Assembly: GCA_951406725.2 (NCBI GenBank)
Contig: OX597824.1
Location: forward strand, 78,492,001 to 78,556,000
Direction: 5' to 3'
DNA from: Octopus vulgaris
Lineage: Eukaryota
DNA: 64,000 nucleotides
Shown here: positions 55,418 through 64,000 of the stretch, one piece after another
Numbering within the stretch: the stretch's first letter is position 1
Layout: every line of letters starts with the position of its first letter
Translations under genes and position numbers: made by a program
Notes under the pieces: model-generated
What the model was told of the DNA's origin: nothing
What the model saw: the letters and a program-made list of their open reading frames with translations, nothing else
The model's database searches: none

Positions 55418-56089
55418 TGAAAATTTTGGGTGTGTGGTAGCGATTGTGTGTGTATGCAGAGTATTTTGATCTCAAAAGGGAAAATTGCATAAACGTCAGA
55501 AAATAATATTTTCATAAACTTTTTAATAACTTTGCTTGAAGCACCAATCAATTCTTGCCTAATTAGTATGAAATTACAAAATTTTATTTGAGAATTTAAT
55601 ATTAAAATATAATTAAACTTAATTTATCAATTCTGTAGAAAAATAAACAAGGAATATTCATAGTCACGCGGTATTCAGTCAAGGGTAGCCGAAGGAAATT
55701 TTTAAGTAGGCACCAGATCAGCAAGAAATAATAGCCAAATTTCTCTCAAGTTACAATCTTTGGTATTAGAAGAGGAAAGATTTATTAGAAAATGCGGTAC
55801 TGTGTCAGAATAAAAAAATAATACGAGATGGACACGGATGGAACATCATTGATCAATAGGTTTTTTGGACTATAGGTGCTCTGAGACATGCAGCAACGAA
55901 AACAAAAATGGTAGCGAAAACATCGTGAAGTAGGAGCATGAATAAGAGATTGTTCCTTCAGGACTTTGATATAAAAAGTCAAACAAGCACTCCGTCGGTT
56001 ACGACGACGAGTGTTTCAGTTAATCCGAACGACGGAATAGCCTGCTCGTGTGATTAACGCACACGTGGCTGAGCGCTCCACAGACACGT

Positions 56090-56358
56090 ACATACGAGGT
56101 ACAAAGACTTAATAAAGGAACATGGAGTGGATATATTAAGGGACACACCTTATAAATGGTAAAAGGAAGAAATGACACTGCTTGGTGAGGCAAGTACTCT
56201 TTTTTTATATTCATTTCATTGCTATCATGCATGTAAAACATGCATTTTTAATTTTAATTTTTATGTTTATTTATTTGTCTGTGTTATTTTTGTATGTCCC
56301 CACATGCGTTGTACTAATATCTGTGTATACTTTTTATTGGAAATAAAGAAATAAGAAA
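56090..56358 (+). mobile_element. 5'-truncated relative of the downstream ORF1-only element
   Basis: KDLIKEHGVDILRDTPYKW* plus T-rich UTR and AATAAAGAAATAAG; homologous to 58154-58408. Confidence 0.7.
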
Positions 56359-56471
56359 GGGTCGTGTCTTTTTCCTTAGTAAGAGTCTACTGTAAAATTT
56401 GTGTTGTTTTGTGCTGTTTTGCAGCGGTTTTCTGGTGGTGCTTTCTCTCCGCTTTAGAGTTAACCGTCACA

Positions 56472-58220
56472 ATGGCAAAGAATATGTTTTATTCGGACCT
56501 TAGTGGTTCGAAATTGACCTCTTCAGAAGAAGAACTTATAATGGCTGTATGTAGGATGGATAAATGCTTGAAAGAAAAGAGTGTTGCAGAAGTGACGGAG
56601 GAAAAAAAAAAGAGATCGACTTGACAAATATAGAAAAGGATGGAAGAATGGCCCATAGAGAGGGGGTGGCGTTAAGTTGCTACCACCCCAGAAGGTATTG
56701 GATGAAATGAACAGGAAAACCTTATTTTATAAGGTATACTCTGCAAAAGAGAGGAGAATAGAACACGCGAAAGCTGAAGAAATAGAGAAGGCTTTAAGTA
56801 CGGTATGGCAAGATATAACATGTCTTGCAAGAGACAATAAATATGGAACAATTGTGATCCATTTCAAGATAGAATAAATAGCAAGGAAATATGCCACAGC
56901 TACAGTGAAAGCAGATAAAGTGGTCCTTCTACCCACTTGCCTTGGAAGAAGGAGTTCCAAGATTAGGGTAGAAGAAATCCCGCCGGATATAGATGTGGCT
57001 TGGGTTGTGGCAGCTCTCCTTCTTGATAGTAAGGAGGAAATAGCCGTCCTCCAAGCCACAGAAATAGAAGGGGCGACGTGGAAAGGAAAGACGTTAGACC
57101 TTATTGGAAGAACTGGTAAAGACGGTGACGGTCGGTGATACGATTCTGAGAGTGTGGGTGGAGGGAAGAATTCCTTGTTGTTTTAAGTGTGGCCAGAAGG
57201 GTCACATTAGGGCACACTGCCCTATACAAAAAAGAACAATTCAGGAAAAAGAAGAAAAAGAGCCGGAGAAAAAAAACAAGAGAAAACACTAAAGGAAGAA
57301 AAGAAAAAGGAAACATTATGGACATTAGCCGAAGGAAGAAGGAAAAGGAGAAAGAAAAGACAGTGTAAAATGGAACCCCCAAACAATCCCCACCCCACCC
57401 ATATCCTCTCAGTCCCACCCTCTCCCCGAAGACACCAAACCCACCTAGACCCTTCCTTTACAAAGCAAAAAAGGAAAGAAGGCAAACAAACAATCCAAGA
57501 TATACAAAACCCCCACTCCCCCGTGAAAATAGTTATGCGTGTATGTTAACGGAAGAAGCAGAAAAGGAACGGATTAACGAGGTTAAAGAATGGAGGACGG
57601 CAAAAATTGCTAATGTGGAAGGCTGCACAAACATTGTTGGATTGCATATCATGTGTGTGTTAGTTTCTCAAAGTCAAAAAGATGTTATGACAAAATATAA
57701 AAAAAAAGGAAAAATATGTTGGAGGTTAAACGCGGACATCGAAAGGACACCGGACAATGTGAGGTATTGGGAGCACTCCGTCGGTTACGACGACGAGGGT
57801 TCCGGTTGATCCGAATCAACGGAACAGCCTGCTCGTGAAATTAACGTGTAAGTGGCTGAGCACTCCACAGACACGTGCACCCTTAACGTAGTTCTCGGGG
57901 GATATTCAGCGTGACACAGAGAGTGACAAGGCCGGCCCTTTGAAATACAGGTACAACAGAAAGAGGAAGTAAGAGTGAGAGAAAGTTGTGGTGAAAGAGT
58001 ATACGAAGGTTCGCTACCACCCCACTGTCGGAGCCTCATGGAGCTTTAGGTGCTTTCGTTCAATAAATACTCACAACGCCCGGTCTGGGAATCGAAACCG
58101 CGATCCTACGACCGTGAGTCCGCTGCCCTAACCACTGGGCCATTGCGCCTCCACTAATGTCAAAGAACTCATAAAGGAGTACGGACAGGACATCATGAAG
58201 GACTGACCGTATAAAGGATG
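56472..58220 (+). pseudogene. Tx1/L1-type ORF1 (gag-like) with CCHC zinc knuckle; multiple frameshifts and stops
   Basis: Consecutive ORF pieces: KIRVEEIPPDI, LRVWVEGRIPCCFKCGQKGHIRAHC (CX2CX4HX4C), followed by a K/E- and P-rich tail. Confidence 0.78.
57772..58153 (-). mobile_element. Full SINE family C
   Basis: Family consensus match. Confidence 0.88.
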
Positions 58221-58411
58221 AAAGGAAGTAAATGGTACTGCTTGAGTGGGGCAAGTGGCTCATTTTCATTATCATTTTAATTGCATCATTCATGCATATC
58301 ATACGTTTAATTTTGATTTTTTTGTTTTATTTATTTGTTCGTTTTTATATATCCCCACATGTGTTTTGTATTGTCCCCTCTTTGTTGGCCCCTTGTGGGC
58401 AATAAAAATTC

Positions 58412-60590
58412 AAGAATCGTTAGCACGCTGGGCGGAATGCTTAGCGACATTTCGTCTGTCTTTACGTTCTGAGTTCAAATTCCTCCGAGGTCGACTTTGC
58501 CTTTCATCATTTCGAGGTCCATAAAATAAATATTAGGTCCATAAAATAAGTACCAGTTACGCACTGGGGTTGATATAATCGACTTAATCCGTTTGTCTGT
58601 CCTTGTTTGTCCTCTAGCCCCTTGTGGGTAGTAAAGAAATAGGTATTTTGTCTGCCGTTACGTTCTGAGTTCAAATTCCGCCTAGGTCGACTTTGCCTTT
58701 CATCATTTAGGGGTCGATAAAATAAGTATTAGTTCAGTCCTGGGCTAGATGCAATCGACTTAACCCCACCCCTGAAATTCCTAGCCTTGTGTCAAAATTT
58801 GAAATCAATTTAAAGGGCTACTGATGTGACGCGCTAGCAGAATCGTTAGCATGCCGGGCACAATGCTTAGCGACATTTCGTACTCCCTTTACGTTCTGAG
58901 TTCAAATTCCGCCGAGGTCGACTTTGCCTTTTAACCATCGGGATGAATAAAATAGGTATCAGTTGTGTATTGAGGTCGATGTAATCGACTTAACTCATTC
59001 CAAGTAATTGTTGGCCGTGTGCCAAACTTTCAAATTAATATAAAGGGCTACCACAATGACAGAGCCCCCGATGAACCAACTTACCAACACGATTTCAGTT
59101 TCTCATTAAGACAGCCATTGATTAAATAACCAGCATTTCAAGATATATTCATTAACAGAAAATTTGTTCGCCACACCCCAAGCGAAAGGAGAAGTAATTT
59201 ATTTAATTAATACTTGTTTATGTTTCTTCCAACATTTCTGCGGTTTTCATTTACCAAGTCAATTCTTAAGGGATATTAGTCGGTCTGCAATAATATTCTT
59301 TTCTACTCTAGGAACAAGGCCCGAAATTTTGGGGGAGGGGCCCAGTCGATTAGATCAACCCCAGTATGCAATTGGTACTTAATTTATCAAAACCGAAAGG
59401 AGGAAAGGCAAAGTCGACCTCGGCGGAATTTGAACTCAGAACGTAAAGACAGACGAAATACCTATTTCTTTACTACCCAGAAGGGGCTAAACACAGAGAG
59501 GACAAACAAGGACAGACACACGGATTAAGTCGATTATATCGACCCCAGTGCATAACTGGTACTTAATTTATCGACCCCGAAAGGATGAAAGGCAAAGTCG
59601 ACCTCGGCGGAATTTGAACTCAGAACCTAAAGACAGACGTCCTAACGTTTCTGCCAGCTCGCTGCCTTGGTCTGCAACTATATGAAAAGACACTTAGCCA
59701 AGATGCCGTGCAGTAGGATTGAACCAGTATACATGCCAATCATGAAGCTAGGTTTGCTACATACGAAATTTTATACACTTTTGCTGATTCTTTTGTTTTG
59801 CTATTTATTCTCTTTTTGCGTATGGTTCTTAGATTTTAATATTTTCGTTTCGTTTCGGGTTGTGAATTTTTATTTTTTATGAGTTTTTTTTTCTTTTTTT
59901 TTATCATCAATTTCTTGTCTGAACAGATGTTTTATTTATTTTCTGGTATATTTATATTTATTCATTTTGTTTAGCATTTTGTTCCTGGATATTTCTAACA
60001 ACGAAATATTCGGCTAATTAATTATAGCAAACTTTCAAGCTCATCAAGTTTACAATATTTAATTACCAACAGGAGGCGATGGTTCGGGAAGAAAAATCGA
60101 TAGAACAACATCGGATTAAATAGCCTGCGGTATTCGATAACATTTCTATAAGTTCTGAGATCAAATCCAGCTGAGGTCTCCCTTAATAATTATTTCAAAT
60201 TTTTGCCTCAAGGACAGCTTTATGGAGGTGGAAATGTGTCGATTACATTGACCCCAGTGTTCAACTGGTATTTATTTTATAGGCCCCGAAAGAATGAAAA
60301 CCAAAGTCGACCTCGGTGGAATTTGAACTCAGAATGTAGTAGTAGACGAAATAACTATTTCTTTACTACCCACAAGGGGCTAAACACAGAGAGGACAAAC
60401 AAGGACAGACAAACGGATTAAGTCGATCACATCGACCCCAGTGCGTAACTGGTATTTATTTAATCGACCCCGAAAGGATGAAAGGCAAAGTCGACCTCGG
60501 CAGAATTTGAACCCAGAACGTAGCGGCAGACGAAATAACGTTAAGCATTTCGCCCGGCGGGTTAACGATCCTTCCAGTTCATCATCTTAA
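58412..60590. mobile_element. SINE A cluster (58412-58810 +, 58830-59035 +, 59293-59667 -, 60190-60590 -)
   Basis: Family consensus; dimers share the same junction. Confidence 0.82.
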
Positions 60591-60819
60591 GGTCTCCCTC
60601 CATAATATATGGCTCTGAACCTATGTAGACGTCATCATTATTGTTAATGATAGTGTGGTGGATGAGAGAGACAGTAGAGAATTAAATGACTGTGTACTAA
60701 GAGGTTTGCTTCACAATCACATGGTTCTGGGTTCACTATACTCTATACACTGTACTCATGACTTAGTGTTTGCTTCTTCCATGGGTATAAGTAAGTATTT
60801 AATTTATTTCTTACCGTAT

Positions 60820-60880
60820 TTATCGCTGAGGAGGAGAAAATTCTTATGAATTAACTCTAAAATCGGGGCCGATGCGATAA
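60820..60880 (+). ncRNA. Type I hammerhead, probably inactivated copy
   Basis: TTATCG-CTGAGGA-GGAG..CTCT-AAAA-TCGGGGCCGA-TG-CGATAA. G12A and a G at the cleavage site. Confidence 0.7.
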
Positions 60881-61295
60881 TAACGGAATTTTTTAGAAAT
60901 TTCTGTCGGCTTACTTCGAAACACGTGCTTATAGTGATGAATTATATGGTTATTGACGATTTAAGTCTATTTTCGGCATATTTGGCATTAGAATTTTTTC
61001 TTTTGCCCTTGTTTATAAGTTGTTTATAAATTTAACCTTTAAAGGTATTTTCTAATATGCTGGCCATTGGTAGAATTTTTTTCGAAAAATTTTATCCTAT
61101 TTTAGATGTAAATTTAATACTATTCAATTCCGGACTCTCACACTCTATGAGAATTTTCAGTCCGATCACACGTGTCTCGGAGTGTGCTATAGAATTTCTA
61201 TTTTGGATACATTTGGGGTACTTAAATGTACACATGACTTAGTGTTTGCTTCTTCCATGGGTATAAGTAAGTATTTCATTTATTTATTACCGTAT

Positions 61296-61356
61296 TTATC
61301 GCTGACGAGGAGAAAATTCTTATGAATTAACTCTGAAATCGGGGCCGATACGATAA
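61296..61356 (+). ncRNA. Type I hammerhead ribozyme, intact
   Basis: TTATCG-CTGACGA-GGAG aa AATTC ttat GAATT aa CTCT-GAAA-TCGG gg CCGA-TA-CGATAA. Confidence 0.9.
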
Positions 61357-61558
61357 TAATGGAATTTTTTAGAAATTTTACTTCTAGATACGTGCTTATA
61401 GTGATGAATTATATGGTTATTGACGATTTAAGTCTATTTTCGGCATATTTGGCATTAGAATTTTTTTCTTTTGCCCTTGTTTATAAGTTGTTTATAAATT
61501 TAACCTTTAAAGGTAATTTCTAATATGTTGGCCATTGATAGAATTTTATCCTATATTA

Positions 61559-61950
61559 GGAGTGGCTGTGTGGTAAGTAGCTTGCTTACCAACCACATGG
61601 TTCCGGGTTCAGTCCCACTGCGTGGCATCTTGGGCAAGTGTCTTCTACTATAGCCTCGGGCCAACCAAAGCCTTGTGAGTGGATTTGGTAGACGGAAACT
61701 GAAAGAAGCCTGTCGTATATATGTATATATATGTGTGTTTGTGTGTCTGTGTTTGTCCCCCCACCATCGCTTGACAACCGATGCTGGTGTGTTTACGTAC
61801 CCGTCACTTAGCGGTTCGGCAAAAAGAGACCGATAGAATAAGTACTGGGCTTACAAAGAATAAGTCCCGGGGTCGAGTTGCTCGACTAAAGGCGGTGCTC
61901 CAGCATGGCCGCAGTCAAATGACTGAAACAAGTAAAAGAGTAAAAGAATA
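61559..61950 (+). mobile_element. Full SINE family B
   Basis: Family consensus match. Confidence 0.9.
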
Positions 61951-62484
61951 TATATATATATGTTCCTTCCCGTGATATATTAGCAACACAAATATTCGCT
62001 CAATTAATAGTTTAGTGAAACGCAATTATTCATAAGTTTCTCTATGTTCCTAGTCAAGTATGATATGTTAAATATTAGTTAAATATAATGTGTTCCTTGT
62101 CAATATACTTGAATTTTTTCATAGCTGAAGATAGATGGATATTTCATGAGAAGCTCTTGGATTTCAAATGTCTTGAGAGGACTAACGACCTATGGATAAA
62201 TGGCAAATAACACTTCGTAAATTTTGTACAAAATCGACTCTCCTCTTTCCAATATTTCAGGCCTTGCGCCTATAAAAGAAAGGATTGTTATGATTATATC
62301 CATCTGAGGTCGAACTTTGCCTTTCATCCAAATAAATGCCAGTCAAGTACTAAGATTGATATAATAGTTTCAAATTTTGACACGAGGCCCGCAATTTTAA
62401 GAGAAAGGGTTAGTCCAGTAGTTCCCAAACTATTCATGACCAAGGATCCCTTTTATGTAAATGATTTTTCCCACGGACCGCGGA

Positions 62485-62780
62485 ACTTGAACTCAGAACG
62501 TAAAACCGGAAGAAATACCTCTAATCGTTTTATCCGAGGTGCTAACGATTCTTATTCCTTTATTGCCCACAAGAGGCTAAACATAGAGGGGACAAACAAG
62601 GACAGATAAAGGGGTTAAGTCGATTACATCGACCCAAGTGCGTAACTGGTACTTAATTTATCGACCCCGAATGGATGAAAGGCAAAGTCGACCTCGGCGG
62701 AATTTGAACCCAGAACGTAGCAGCGGACGGAATACCGCTAAGCATTTCGCCCGCCGTGCTAACGTTTCTGCCAGCCCGAC
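62485..62780 (-). mobile_element. SINE A copy plus partial unit
   Basis: Family consensus match. Confidence 0.8.
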
Positions 62781-63386
62781 GCGTTTAATGTTAATATTAT
62801 CGATTGTCTTTCTACCCGAATTTGTGGCCGTATACTTATATTAGTCATCATTGTTTAATTACTGCCAACTTTCTTAATTAGATTCTAGTAAGACAAAACT
62901 ACTAAAGAAAGACAAATTACAAAATCAAACGCAAATCAAAGATCGTTTTTGTTGTATGATGAATGGTAACTAACTGCTATCAAATAAATGGCTGATTTCG
63001 ATTGTTTTATATTCATTTACTTCATTTATTCTTTTATTAGTTTATTTGTTTCAGCTTTTGGAGTGCGGCCATACTGGCGCCTTGCCATGAATCAAATCGA
63101 CCCAGGTACTAATTTATTTTTGCAAACTTGGTTCTTATTTTATTGGGTTGTATTTGCTTATGGGTTATATTATGGCGACGTAAACAAATCAACGTCAGTT
63201 GTCAAACGGTGAGACACAAATAAAACAGACACATTTACACACAGGCATGCACGCTCGCGCATATTTTCTCATCGGCAGGAAGATAAAATAGAAGACACTT
63301 GCTCGAGATGCAGCGGTGTGTGTCTCAACCCAGAACTACGTGGATGTGAAGGGCATATCTTAAACCACAGAGCTACACGTGCATCA

Positions 63387-63447
<61 letters not shown>

Positions 63448-63449
<2 letters not shown>

Positions 63450-63736
63450 GAGGCGCAATGACCTAGTGGTTAGGGCAGCGGACTCGCGGTTTCGATTCTC
63501 AGACCGGGCGTTGTGAGTGTTCATTGAGTGAAAACACCTTAAAAGCTCCACGAGGCTCCGGCAGGGGGTTGTGGCGATCCCTGCTGTACTCTTTCGCCAC
63601 AACATTCTCTCACTCTTTCTTCTGTTGGCGTGCTCGCTTAGCGTCATTTGAAGGCTAAAAAACAATGCGAAGCGCATTGTGACCAGCGATGTGTAGCAAC
63701 ATCTGATTGCCTGGTCGGTCACGGTGATCACGGTGA
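63448..63736 (+). mobile_element. SINE family C head with yet another tail
   Basis: Same head as 34723-35110, but the tail ends GCAACATCTGATTGCCTGGTCGGTCACGGTGATCACGGTGA. Confidence 0.78.
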
Positions 63737-63759
63737 TATATATATATATATATACATAC

Positions 63760-63792
<33 letters not shown>

Positions 63793-64000
63793 TGTATGTA
63801 TGTATGTATGTATGTATGTATGTTTGTATGTATGTATGTATGTTTGTATGTATGTATGTATATGTGTGTGTGTTTTGCAAGCACCTTGCACATCCAGGTG
63901 CTACCAATCGAAAGCTCCGCATACCGGATGCCAGCAAGTGTACGGAGTCATCAGGAGAGAATGCGCGCCGTTTCGGCGCCTACCTCTCGACGGTATCAGT

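Larger units (their letters stand above)
56360..58408 (+). mobile_element. ORF1-only (HAL1-like) non-LTR retroelement, interrupted by SINE C
   Basis: A decayed ORF1 runs straight into a 3'UTR ending CCCCTTGTGGGCAATAAAA; no endonuclease or RT sequence seen. Confidence 0.68.
60757..61556 (+). mobile_element. Tandem 476-bp HHR-containing repeat (1.7 copies), retrozyme/pLTR-like
   Basis: CATGACTTAGTGTTTGCTTCTTCCATGGG at 60757 and 61233; one HHR per unit; no meaningful ORF. Confidence 0.85.

Overview
This is repeat-saturated, AT-rich eukaryotic intergenic or intronic DNA, most likely from an octopod cephalopod (inferred from the SINE families and microsatellite load). I find no supportable host protein-coding gene, and nearly all listed ORFs are microsatellite or SINE read-through. 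Identifiable parts: three abundant tRNA-derived SINE families; a 5'-truncated Neptune-type Penelope-like element (PLE; RT + GIY-YIG) with an inverted pLTR, plus two decayed PLE remnants; 3' fragments of an RTE LINE and a Tx1/L1 LINE; an apparent ORF1-only retroelement; mariner remnants, one seeding a 168-bp tandem array; non-autonomous Helitrons; and a hAT-like MITE. The most notable signal is invisible in the ORF track: about 14 type I hammerhead-ribozyme (HHR) motifs. They lie mostly in short non-coding units inserted in (TA)n tracts and include a 476-bp tandem unit (retrozyme-like), two fold-back elements with an HHR in the spacer, and recurrent non-canonical cores (U3-A8 covariant; A6U). 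All folds and alignments were made by eye.
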